Assembly: GCA_965369865.1 (NCBI GenBank)
Contig: CBDURU010000022.1
Span: forward strand, 1-37,604
Direction of reading: 5' to 3'
From: an uncultured bacterium
Lineage (GTDB): Bacteria; JAJVIF01; JAPKYR01
Length of the DNA: 37,604 nucleotides
A program made the position numbers and the translations under genes. Of this stretch, positions 1-8,954 are shown in pieces; position 1 is the stretch's first letter; each line of letters starts with the position of its first letter. Under the pieces are notes generated by a model. The model was not told the origin of the DNA and did not search any database. It worked only from the letters and a program-made list of their open reading frames with translations.

Positions 1-75
1 TTGCTGCGCCCTCTTGTTGCTTGCTGCGCCCTCTTGTTGCTTGCTGCGCCCTCTTGTTGCTTGCTGCGCCCTCTT
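1..75. repeat. 20-bp tandem repeat (TTGCTGCGCCCTCTTGTTGC x3.75), truncated by the window edge
   Basis: Three perfect units at 1-60 plus a partial unit at 61-75. The array contains GCTTGCTGCGCCCT across unit junctions, identical to the 3' half of the REP-like unit at 37561-37574. Confidence 0.95.
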
Positions 76-102
76 ATGGATCAGTACTTTTGCAACGGTC
101 TC
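1..102. mobile_element. Right part of a MITE-like element (same family as 37460-37604)
   Basis: CTTTTGCAACGGTCTC at 87-102 is identical to 37589-37604. Both copies are preceded by GCTTGCTGCGCCCT. Confidence 0.7.
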
Positions 103-193
103 AGGATTTAAAATTCTTAAATATTAGTGAGCTTATTGCTCAATATGGTTATAATTGTATGGAAAACTAACGAAGGCATTCGGAGGGACCATA

Positions 194-673
194 ATGCTGG
201 TTTCCGAATTATTAGAACCAAAACTGGTAACCGTTAAGCCTACCAACGACCTCAGCACGGCATGGCAGGCTATGCGGGATTCAGGAACAACCGGCGCGGT
301 TGTGACAACCGAAGAGAGCGCAATTGTCGGGTTCCTGACCGATGGCGACCTTATAAGGACATGCATGCCGTCCGAAACCGACATTACAATCTATGATGAA
401 ATCATGGAAAATATGGAACTCCCCCCTGCCGTAATAAGGAATTTACGGTCAATGCTTGTTGAACATGCAATGCAGACCGCCGAGAGTGTAATCACGATAA
501 ATCATGACGAACCGGTCCTTAAAGCCCTCGCCCTCATGTTTCAGCATAAGCTCAGAAGACTTCCGGTACTGAAGGGAAATACTCTGATGGGGATGATCAG
601 CCGGGGTCAGATCCTTACGCACCTTCTTCTCCAGAGAGATATCGGCAGCAGGGAACCGACGCCCACACAGTAA
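194..673 (+). CDS. CBS-domain pair protein
   Basis: Two CBS motifs (IVGFLTDGDL; HKLRRLPVL...LMGMISRGQI). GGAGGG at 182-187 precedes ATG 194; the ORF track starts at 155. Confidence 0.85.
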   Translation: MLVSELLEPKLVTVKPTNDLSTAWQAMRDSGTTGAVVTTEESAIVGFLTDGDLIRTCMPSETDITIYDEIMENMELPPAVIRNLRSMLVEHAMQTAESVITINHDEPVLKALALMFQHKLRRLPVLKGNTLMGMISRGQILTHLLLQRDIGSREPTPTQ

Positions 674-675
674 TA

Positions 676-1257
676 TTAAACCGGGCTTTTGAATTTCAAT
701 ACAAGCCTGTAGTGCGGTTTATACAATTTTCGGTATTGTTCCGAATGGTGTGCTGCAACCCACTCATTTTCCTGAATAACCAATGAGAAATCATTGTATG
801 CTTCGAGATCCAGGACGATCTCGCCTGTCTTTCCCGCCATGCCGATGATTTTCCATGCATTAATAAATGATTCATGAAGGTTAATGCTGTGATTCGGGTA
901 ACACTTAGGAAACTCTTTCGCTGTACGGAGGAATTCATCGAGAATATCCAATGGGTTAATTCCCAGGGCTTTTGCCGGTACCAGGTTCAGCCGGAATAGT
1001 TCAGGAGTAACACCGTTAATGAAAATAGGCTCGAGCAGCGCTTTACCGGGATTCAGGCTGGATTCCCCTAAAGCATTCCATTCTTCTTCGAGATACATCC
1101 GCGTTTCATCCGGATTCAGGCTGAAATGTTCAGGCCCGTGATAAGCCTGGTAAAGGAGCTTATAGATATCCCGGATTTCTGATTCCGGATATTTTCCAAG
1201 GTAATCGGAAATGAATATTACAATCGGATCTTTGATGCTTTTTTCGTTCTGGTTCAT
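676..1257 (-). CDS. Hypothetical protein, 193 aa
   Basis: Long ORF with protein-like motifs (DIYKLLYQAYHGPEH; HHSEQYRKLYKPHYRLV). No function recognised. Confidence 0.75.
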   Translation of the reverse strand: MNQNEKSIKDPIVIFISDYLGKYPESEIRDIYKLLYQAYHGPEHFSLNPDETRMYLEEEWNALGESSLNPGKALLEPIFINGVTPELFRLNLVPAKALGINPLDILDEFLRTAKEFPKCYPNHSINLHESFINAWKIIGMAGKTGEIVLDLEAYNDFSLVIQENEWVAAHHSEQYRKLYKPHYRLVLKFKSPV

Positions 1258-1326
1258 CTGCCGGAAATTATAAAAGCGCCGGGTGTCACGGCGCTTGGCT
1301 TTATGTTTAAGGAAATCATTAAAATC

Positions 1327-2577
1327 CTAAAATAGACCCCGTTTCTTCTTCTGTGATTTATGTTGCTTGACGTACGGATTCTTCTCATTGCTTGACTCCT
1401 TTTCTTGTTCTTTCTTACCCAAATCCAGGCCCATATCGTATCCTACACTTGAGAAGTCCTGCCGTAATTTCACGATATCCACCTCTTCCTTCTTGCTTAT
1501 TCTCTCCCTGGTTGCATCAGCAAGAAGGGATTCAAGCAGATCATCGGGATCATTTGCCAGTTCAATACCCAACTTATCATCGATAATTCCCTGTTCGACC
1601 ATGGTCGCGATATTGTGTTCGAGTGTAATCATACCCTGCTTGCGTCCCGATTGAATAACATGGTCGATCTGGTGCACCTTCTGTTCTCGGATCAGGTTAC
1701 GGATCGAGTTCGTCATAAGCATGACCTCGAAAATCGCGACTCGACCCTCGCGGTCTTTTCTTCTAACCAGCACCTGAGAAACAACCGCCCTTAAGGACAG
1801 AGCGAGCTGGGTACGGATCTGTGACTGCTGGGTGGAAGGGAAGATATCAATAATCCTGTCAACGGTGTCGGATGCACCGGATGTGTGGAGGGTACCGAAA
1901 ACAAGGTGTCCCGTTTCCGCAGCCATCAGGGCCATCGCGGTGGTCTCAAGGTCTCGCATCTCACCGACCAGAATGACGTCCGGGTCCTGCCGTAACCCTT
2001 CACGGATACCATCCAGGAAGCTGTTAACGTCACGCCCAACCTCACGCTGGTTAACTATGCAATTGATATTTTTATGCTTGTACTCGATAGGATCTTCCAG
2101 GGTTAGAATATGAACGTTTCGGTTATGGTTGATCCAGTCAAGCATTGTCGCGAGTGTCGTGGTTTTTCCTGAGCCGGTCGGCCCGACAACCAGCACGAGT
2201 CCGCGAGGGAATTTAGCAATTGTTCTAACAATTTCCGGCAGACCCAACTGCTCAAAACTGGGCAGAACTTCAGGGATCAACCGGAACACCGCGCCCCACC
2301 TGTTCGACTGAGTGAAGAAGCTTACCCTCAGACGTCCGACATAAGGGATGACGTGGGCGAAGTCTGAACATTGCCTTTCATCAAATTGATTGTTCTCATA
2401 GTCACCGAAAAGGTAATCCTTGGCACGTTCCATAAAAGCATGGTCTATATCCGGTCCACGCTCGTAACGGTACAGCCAGCCATGGATCCTGAAGTAGGGT
2501 TTGGTGTCTTCCTGGAGATGGAGGTCGCTGGCCCCGTTATCCACCATGTATTTAAACAGCTTGATAAGTTCCTTCAT
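1327..2577 (-). CDS. pilT: Type IV pilus retraction ATPase PilT/PilU family
   Basis: ASDLHL, Walker A GPTGSGKTT, Asp box EDPIE, Walker B DPDVILVGEMRD, His box AETGHLVFGTLH and an AIRNLIRE-like SIRNLIRE. Confidence 0.93.
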   Translation of the reverse strand: MKELIKLFKYMVDNGASDLHLQEDTKPYFRIHGWLYRYERGPDIDHAFMERAKDYLFGDYENNQFDERQCSDFAHVIPYVGRLRVSFFTQSNRWGAVFRLIPEVLPSFEQLGLPEIVRTIAKFPRGLVLVVGPTGSGKTTTLATMLDWINHNRNVHILTLEDPIEYKHKNINCIVNQREVGRDVNSFLDGIREGLRQDPDVILVGEMRDLETTAMALMAAETGHLVFGTLHTSGASDTVDRIIDIFPSTQQSQIRTQLALSLRAVVSQVLVRRKDREGRVAIFEVMLMTNSIRNLIREQKVHQIDHVIQSGRKQGMITLEHNIATMVEQGIIDDKLGIELANDPDDLLESLLADATRERISKKEEVDIVKLRQDFSSVGYDMGLDLGKKEQEKESSNEKNPYVKQHKSQKKKRGLF

Positions 2578-2671
2578 CAGCTCATCCTTCTCATAAACGA
2601 TTTATGGCCTGAGATCAATCAGAATTATACCGGGGTCAGTATACCATATGTTTTAAAAACTGATTGATTAA

Positions 2672-3481
2672 TTATAAATTATGATGACTGGTAATGAACA
2701 AATTTTTCGGAGCTTCAAGCGGCTTGTATTCTTTAACGTAAGAGATCAGGTTCTCTAGCCTGATTAAGACTTCCATTGCCCTGAATGGGTATCTAAGTAT
2801 TTCGTGAGCGCCATTACGCACCATGCTGAATGCAGTCATCAGCAGCTCATCGTTGGCTACTACCAGGATCGGGATCGCTGGCAGCCTCTTGTCAGTACTA
2901 ACCTCTTCGATAAAATCCGTCACCTTGATCAGTGAGAACCCAGCCTCAATAATAATGCAGTCGACCCTCTCTTCTATTATAGTTTCAATAGCCGAGTCAA
3001 GATCCCTGCAGGGGATCATACGGAAATGACCCCTTGCCGGACCGTCCTTCAGGGCTTTTCTTAATAACCCGGCAAGTGGAATGTTCTTCTGGCAGATAAG
3101 GAGAGTGTGGGCAGAGATATTTTTAACCAATGCTGGCTTGTAATCATGCATGTCCAGCCATTTCATCGCTTCCTTCTCGTTAAAATAGACAGGAATATCA
3201 GGGTACACTCCGTTCAGCATGATAATCTGGCGTACATGTGGATTCGGTTCCGAAATTCCAATTCTCGCATTCCCGCTTTTTACCATACCTGCACTTTCCT
3301 TAAGTGCATTTATCCCGATAGAATTCAGGAAAGCCAATTCCCTGAAATCCAGAATAATCTGCTTTTCACCTTTCTGGAGAGCTTTTAATATTTCCGGCCA
3401 GGGTCCCGGCTCGAGGTCCGTTGTATCGCCAATACAGGAAATTATACAGCATTTACCCTTGTTAACAATTTTTGTGTCCAT
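2672..3481 (-). CDS. STAS (anti-anti-sigma-like) domain fused to an atypical receiver domain
   Basis: N-terminal IILDFRELAFLNSIGI STAS motif. C-terminal receiver-like pattern (VDCIIIE...IPILVV...GAHEILRYPF). Confidence 0.75.
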   Translation of the reverse strand: MDTKIVNKGKCCIISCIGDTTDLEPGPWPEILKALQKGEKQIILDFRELAFLNSIGINALKESAGMVKSGNARIGISEPNPHVRQIIMLNGVYPDIPVYFNEKEAMKWLDMHDYKPALVKNISAHTLLICQKNIPLAGLLRKALKDGPARGHFRMIPCRDLDSAIETIIEERVDCIIIEAGFSLIKVTDFIEEVSTDKRLPAIPILVVANDELLMTAFSMVRNGAHEILRYPFRAMEVLIRLENLISYVKEYKPLEAPKNLFITSHHNL

Positions 3482-3665
3482 TGGTATCTTCCCCTTACGT
3501 TTCTAATCTCCTATTACGCACCACCCATAAATACCAAGCTTTTGGTGCTTTTGAATAACCGTATCGAACCTATTAAACCAAGCCAGCAGGTAATATGCAA
3601 ATATAAAATGGATTAGTCTGACCTTGTTTCATCTTTCAAGTATCCGCTTTTAATTAATATACTTA

Positions 3666-3772
3666 GAGTCCCTAACAAAATGGCTATGCGAACGGGGACA
3701 CCTGCTTTTCGGCGCGCGAAAAGAGGTGTCCCCGGTGAAAGATGGTAAAAAAACTTATTTTGTTAGAAGCTC
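3666..3772. mobile_element. 107-bp MITE-like element with 16-bp imperfect TIRs, TTA target duplication and an internal hairpin
   Basis: Left end GAGTCCCTAACAAAAT; reverse complement of the right end GAGCTTCTAACAAAAT. TTA at 3663-3665 and 3773-3775. Hairpin CGGGGACACCT(G)CTTTTC...GAAAAGAGGTGTCCCCG at 3693-3734. Confidence 0.7.
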
Positions 3773-3882
3773 TTAATCATATTTTAACTATCAAACCAGT
3801 GTTTATCTTATTCAGTATATATACTTTTTAACTAGCGGGGATTATGTTATGCATTTATAATGACGGGTGATAAAAATCCGCC

Positions 3883-4821
3883 ATGAAACCTGAACCTGCC
3901 AACCTTAAAACCCGGCTCGGACCTCTCGAACTGAGAACACCCGTAATTGCCGCCAGCGGGACATTCGGTTACGGTCCTGAGTTTGAAAATGTCACCGACA
4001 TCGAGTATTTCGGTGCCGTAACACTAAAAGCTGTCAGCCTGGAACCGCGCACGGGTAACCCCTACCCCAGGATGGTTGAAACTCCCTCAGGGATGCTTAA
4101 CTGCATAGGCCTGGAGAATCCAGGTATCGAAGTTTTCATCAAAGAAAAAATACCGGCTGCCAGGAAATTTGGAGTTCCCCTGATTGCCAACCTGGTTGGA
4201 GACAAAACCAGGGACTACCCGGAGCTTGCCGCAATCCTTGAGAGTGAAAATGACCTTGCAGCGCTGGAGATAAACGCGAGTTGCCCTAATGTCGATCACG
4301 GTTCCCTGTCGTTCGCTATGGATAGTGATATTCTCGGTGAGCTGGTAGCTTCTGTACGGGAAGTTACAAAAAAACCGCTTATCGCGAAATTAAGCCCGAA
4401 TGTAACGGACATCCTGCCGTTAGCCGAAGCTGCGGTCGAATCCGGCGCCGACATACTCAACCTTTCCAATACTTTTCTTGGAATGTCAATTAGCATCGAC
4501 TCCAGGAAGTCCCGGTTATCGAGAGACTACGCAGGGCTATCCGGACAGGCCATCCGACCCATAGCGCTTAGAATTGTCCACCAGGTGGCGTCGAAACTCG
4601 ACATCCCTGTAATCGGCACCGGGGGAATATATGACACCACGGATGCTCTCGAATTTTTAATCGCCGGAGCCAGGGCAATTAGCCTGGGTACTGTAAATTT
4701 CATTCATCCGAACCGCGCCAGAGACATCTGCGACGGCATTCAGGCCTACCTTTCAAAAAATGACCAGGAACTAGCTGAACTTACCGGGTCGTATCTGGGT
4801 CCAGAATCTTGCCAGACTTGA
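3883..4821 (+). CDS. pyrD: Dihydroorotate dehydrogenase, family 1 (1B-like catalytic subunit)
   Basis: ASGTFGYG, GMLNCIGLENPG, catalytic-loop NASCPN, KLSPNVTDI, GLSG and IGTGGI. Confidence 0.93.
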   Translation: MKPEPANLKTRLGPLELRTPVIAASGTFGYGPEFENVTDIEYFGAVTLKAVSLEPRTGNPYPRMVETPSGMLNCIGLENPGIEVFIKEKIPAARKFGVPLIANLVGDKTRDYPELAAILESENDLAALEINASCPNVDHGSLSFAMDSDILGELVASVREVTKKPLIAKLSPNVTDILPLAEAAVESGADILNLSNTFLGMSISIDSRKSRLSRDYAGLSGQAIRPIALRIVHQVASKLDIPVIGTGGIYDTTDALEFLIAGARAISLGTVNFIHPNRARDICDGIQAYLSKNDQELAELTGSYLGPESCQT

Positions 4822-4851
4822 TTTAATCAATTACCATTGTGCCCCGGAGTT

Positions 4852-5667
4852 ATGGAGGAAACAAAACTGAAAGAGACCAAAGACATTAACCTGGAACTGG
4901 ACTATCCCTATGCCATCATTCGGATCGACCGTGAGGGTAATAATTACAATACATTAATTCCCAGCATGATTAGCGAAATGGATGGGATTCTCAACAAGGT
5001 CGAACGCGACGATAAAATTCGCGTTCTTATTCTAACCGGTAACGACAGGGTATTCTCGACCGGGGTGGACGTATCCCATCCATCAATATACGAGATGGAT
5101 CCAATGCAGGCACGGTATTTTTCAAAGCTTGGAAAGATCATGTTCGGCCGTCTCGAGCTGCTTGATATCCCGACAATCGCGGCTGTTAACGGAACCGCCC
5201 TTGGCGGCGGGCTTGAAATTTGCCTGACCTGCGACTTCCGTATCGCTTCCGAAAGAGCAATGTTCGGGCTTCCGGAAAGCAATCTCGGCATAATCCCGGG
5301 ATGGGGCGGGACCCAGAGGCTCCTGAAGCATATCGGTTATGCAAAAGCATTGGAAATGATCCTTGCCGGCAACATCATAAAAGCGCGTGAAGCATATGAA
5401 GCCGGTCTCATACAGGAACTTGTCCCGAAAGGTGAAGATGTTGTCGGGGCTGCAAAAAAATGGAGCGAAAGGTTTACGACACGGTCAAGGGTAGCAATTG
5501 CGATGTGCAAGAAAGCCGTACGGATGGCGGCAGAGCTTCCCCTGAAATACGGTGAAGAATTCGAAGCGGAACTTTTCGGAATGGCCTGGGCATCCAAACA
5601 TCGCGAGATCGGCATCGAAGCTTTCAGGAATCGAAAAAAACCCGAATTTCCGACCGAATTTGAATAA
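4852..5667 (+). CDS. Enoyl-CoA hydratase/crotonase family protein
   Basis: FSTGVD oxyanion motif, IAAVNGTALGGGLE and FGLPESNLGIIPGWGGTQRL; both catalytic Glu are present. Start at 4852 (ATG) or 4837 (TTG). Confidence 0.9.
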   Translation: MEETKLKETKDINLELDYPYAIIRIDREGNNYNTLIPSMISEMDGILNKVERDDKIRVLILTGNDRVFSTGVDVSHPSIYEMDPMQARYFSKLGKIMFGRLELLDIPTIAAVNGTALGGGLEICLTCDFRIASERAMFGLPESNLGIIPGWGGTQRLLKHIGYAKALEMILAGNIIKAREAYEAGLIQELVPKGEDVVGAAKKWSERFTTRSRVAIAMCKKAVRMAAELPLKYGEEFEAELFGMAWASKHREIGIEAFRNRKKPEFPTEFE

Positions 5668-5701
5668 TGAGAAAGGTACCTGGGCAGTAACCCGTTTTTT
5701 T

Positions 5702-7009
5702 TTATATCCTGCGATCTACGTAATAACGGTATAGAATATCTTTCAATACTTCCACGCGATTATCGTTCACTTCCTCTAGCGTCATTCCGAGTAGCTCAGC
5801 ATCGGATTCCGTGACGTACGCGATTGTCCTTCGACGTGCGATCATTACCGGACCCGATGTACCGGGATTCCTGCCTGAAACCTCCCAATTTTTCAATCCT
5901 TCCCAGAACAACTCCCCCAGCCTGGAATTAATATTATCACCACGAACGATAAGTTCTTCTCTCGTTTCAGCAGTAATGTAGAAAACCGCATCTTCACCGG
6001 CAGCGATAACACCATACACACCTTCATCCGGAGGATTAATGCCCTCAAACAATTCATTCCTGAGCTGATATTCAGTTACAAGTGAAACAGGCAGTTCATC
6101 CACTTCGGAATCGCTCTCATTTTCGACTCCCTCGGCACGATTCAAAAGGCTCTCTTCCCAGTCTTCGAGCCTGCCCGCCTCGCTTTCCGACAAAGGCAAA
6201 TAAAACCTCAGCGGTATATGGACCCGGTAAATTTCATCGGGAACGTCATAGCCCAGTTCTTCAAGTACGGTGCGGATATTCGCGATCCGTTCGTCGGGAT
6301 GAGGATGCACGGTGAAATAATTTCCACCGGGTTCAGGTCGATGAATCGACTGCTGTTCGAGAATTCCCATCAGCTCGAGATACGCGACGGGATCGTAACC
6401 GGCTGCCACCATCCACCTTGAACCGGTAGCATCGGCATCATTTTCCGCGGACCGTCCATATGTTTCGACCATACTTGCCGCGATCATCTGCCCGGCCATC
6501 AATGCTTCCATTTCACCGGTGGCGAGCATGGCTCCCAACCCTATCAGCATTCCCCTTAGCTGCCTGTCCCCCATCCTGGAATGATGGCGGTGATAAACAT
6601 GGGTGAATTCATGCGCCATTACACCCGCCAGCATATCATCAGTCGCGCATGCATCGATAAGCCCCTTGAAAAAATAAACATGAGCGTCGGGAAGCGCGAA
6701 AGCGTTTATCGCGTCATCGTCGAGTACCCTGACAATCAGCTCCCTGTTATCATTTTCATATTCCGGAATTACAGCGGCCAGCCTGTCCCTGATCCGCTCC
6801 ACCCGCCCGACAACTTCAGGATCTTCAACCAGGCCAAAATGCGTTTCGATTTCAATTATGTAATCGGATTCTACCCCATCCTCACTGCCCTCTTCCTGTG
6901 AAATGGCAGCGGGATACGGTAGTAAAAATATTAATAGGAACAGGATTATGATGAATCGATAAAAAATTCCCGGTGGTTTAACCATGTCCATAATTATTAC
7001 ATGACACAA
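5702..7009 (-). CDS. Exported M48-family zinc metallopeptidase (BepA/YfgC-like) with acidic C-terminal extension
   Basis: Signal peptide, INAFALP, LAGVMAHEFTH, ENDAD and a THP-like VHPHPDERI. The true start may be slightly downstream. Confidence 0.88.
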   Translation of the reverse strand: MCHVIIMDMVKPPGIFYRFIIILFLLIFLLPYPAAISQEEGSEDGVESDYIIEIETHFGLVEDPEVVGRVERIRDRLAAVIPEYENDNRELIVRVLDDDAINAFALPDAHVYFFKGLIDACATDDMLAGVMAHEFTHVYHRHHSRMGDRQLRGMLIGLGAMLATGEMEALMAGQMIAASMVETYGRSAENDADATGSRWMVAAGYDPVAYLELMGILEQQSIHRPEPGGNYFTVHPHPDERIANIRTVLEELGYDVPDEIYRVHIPLRFYLPLSESEAGRLEDWEESLLNRAEGVENESDSEVDELPVSLVTEYQLRNELFEGINPPDEGVYGVIAAGEDAVFYITAETREELIVRGDNINSRLGELFWEGLKNWEVSGRNPGTSGPVMIARRRTIAYVTESDAELLGMTLEEVNDNRVEVLKDILYRYYVDRRI

Positions 7010-7126
7010 CAGGGAAACAAAGGTTCAGGGCACGATTTGTAACAAGAGCGGCTGATTATCTGGTATGCTTAGCAGTCACAGGGTTAAAAAGTACTTGTCG
7101 CCGATGATTATCTGGTGAGGATTTGA

Positions 7127-8812
7127 ATGCCAAAAGCAAAAAGCAAGTCGACAGGACGATATCAGAAGGGTTTATCGATCATTCCGCTGGGGGGATTTCA
7201 CGAAATAGGAAAAAATATGCTGATCGTTGAGTACGATGGCGAAATACTCGTTATCGATGGCGGCATGAGTTTTCCATCCATCGACATGCCGGGAGTCGAT
7301 GTTGTAATCCCCAAGTTTGATTACGTTATAAAAAATAAAAATCGGGTTGCCGGGATCGTCCTTACTCACGGCCACGAGGACCATATCGGAGCGCTTCCAT
7401 ACCTTCTCAAGCAGGAACAATTTCCAATTTACGGCACCCGGTTATCGCTCGCTTTTCTTGAAACCAAACTGAAAGAACATTCGGTCCTCCTTGACAGCAA
7501 ACTCATAGAAGTCGAAGACAACGGGATTTACGAAATTGGAAATAATTTCATTGTCGAATTTATACCGGTCTGCCATTCAATTCCGGACTCATGCGGACTC
7601 GCGATCAGAACTCCCGAGGGTATCATCCTTCACTCCGGAGATTTCAAGTTCGACCAGACACCCGTTGATAATAGAAAAATGGCACTGGGAACTTTCGCCC
7701 GGTATGGCGATGAGGGCGTTCTGGCTTACATAACGGATGTAACCAACGTCATGAATCCCGGCTACACTGGGTCCGAACGACGTGTCGGAGTCGCTTTTCT
7801 CGAATTCTTCAAGGACATTACCGGACGTATTTTCGTAACTACTTTCGCGAGCCACATACACAGGATTCAACAGGCAATCGACGCGGCCGAGTACCTGGGC
7901 CGAAAGGTTGTACCCCTCGGCCGTCGAATGACCGAGTATATAGCGATCTCAAAAAATCTTGGTTACCTGAACGGTCCGGATGGAATTTTTGTAAACGAAG
8001 AAAATATTGGTGAATATGATGACAGCGACCTCCTTTTCATCGCAACGGGTACACAGGGCGAACCAGGTAGTGCCCTGCGTCGGATGGCGGAGGGTTCGCA
8101 CCAGGTTCAGATCAAGGAGGACGATTCGGTTGTTTTATCCGCAAGCCCTATCCCCGGAAACGAAGCGCACATACTTAGAATCATAAACCAACTGACTGCG
8201 CTCGGCGCTGATGTTTACGGACCGGAACTCGGTTTGCATGTATCCGGCCATGCAAGCAGGGAAGAAATAAAGATCCTTTATAACCTTGTGAAACCCGAAT
8301 TCGTGTTCCCGTTCCATGGTGAGATCAGGCATATGCATGATTTCGCGAACCTGATGAAAAAAATGGAGCACCCGCGGGACAAAGTCATACTCGCCAAAAT
8401 AGGACAGCGAATTCATATCTCCGATAATAAGGCAAAAATCGTCGAGACGGTCCCAACCGGAGTGACAATGGTTGACGGCCTTGGTGTCGGGGATGTGGGC
8501 GGGCAAATCCTTGATGAAAGAAAAGCCCTTGCGGCATCGGGTATCCTTGTTATAACGGTTTTCGTCAATGGTAAAACCAAGGTAGTCGATCGTGTAGAAC
8601 TTGAGGCCAGGGGAGTTCTGTATTTTTCACACTATAAAGACCTCCTTGAAAAATCCGAAATTGTCCTTCGCGACAGCCTGCAGGCGGTTCAGGAAACTGA
8701 TTTTATCGAATACCCCAAAATCAAGGAGAAGGTCGAGGAAAAATTGCGCAAACTTTTCTGGAAACACCTCAGGCGCGATCCGTATATTCTCACGAACGTA
8801 TATGAAATTTAA
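7127..8812 (+). CDS. rnj: Ribonuclease J
   Basis: PLGGFHEIGKN, THGHEDHIG, HSIPD, HSGDFKFDQTP, FASHIHRIQQ, HVSGH and PFHGE. Confidence 0.95.
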   Translation: MPKAKSKSTGRYQKGLSIIPLGGFHEIGKNMLIVEYDGEILVIDGGMSFPSIDMPGVDVVIPKFDYVIKNKNRVAGIVLTHGHEDHIGALPYLLKQEQFPIYGTRLSLAFLETKLKEHSVLLDSKLIEVEDNGIYEIGNNFIVEFIPVCHSIPDSCGLAIRTPEGIILHSGDFKFDQTPVDNRKMALGTFARYGDEGVLAYITDVTNVMNPGYTGSERRVGVAFLEFFKDITGRIFVTTFASHIHRIQQAIDAAEYLGRKVVPLGRRMTEYIAISKNLGYLNGPDGIFVNEENIGEYDDSDLLFIATGTQGEPGSALRRMAEGSHQVQIKEDDSVVLSASPIPGNEAHILRIINQLTALGADVYGPELGLHVSGHASREEIKILYNLVKPEFVFPFHGEIRHMHDFANLMKKMEHPRDKVILAKIGQRIHISDNKAKIVETVPTGVTMVDGLGVGDVGGQILDERKALAASGILVITVFVNGKTKVVDRVELEARGVLYFSHYKDLLEKSEIVLRDSLQAVQETDFIEYPKIKEKVEEKLRKLFWKHLRRDPYILTNVYEI

Positions 8813-8840
8813 AAATCCCCTTTAAACAAGGCAAGAAAGC

Positions 8841-8858
8841 TCGTGAAAATGTTCACAA
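8841..8858. promoter_or_regulatory. Rex-like operator upstream of the malic enzyme gene
   Basis: TCGTGAAAATGTTCACAA matches the Rex consensus TTGTGAA-N4-TTCACAA with one mismatch. Confidence 0.6.
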
Positions 8859-8874
8859 ATATTATCTAAAACGA

Positions 8875-8903
8875 TTGACTCACGTTCAAATTAGGAATAA
8901 TAT
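8875..8903 (+). promoter_or_regulatory. Putative sigma70 promoter of the malic enzyme gene
   Basis: TTGACT-17 nt-TAATAT. Confidence 0.45.
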
Positions 8904-8954
8904 CCCCCATACACAAAAACTTGTGCCACTTTTTTTTTACACCGGAGTCAAAAA

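Noticed and set aside
1..75. CRISPR array
   Set aside because: The units are contiguous with no spacers, and there are no cas genes.
3883..5667. pyrD next to a crotonase as a novel pathway
   Set aside because: Both proteins look canonical. Adjacency and the lack of a neighbouring pyrK are not enough evidence of a functional link.
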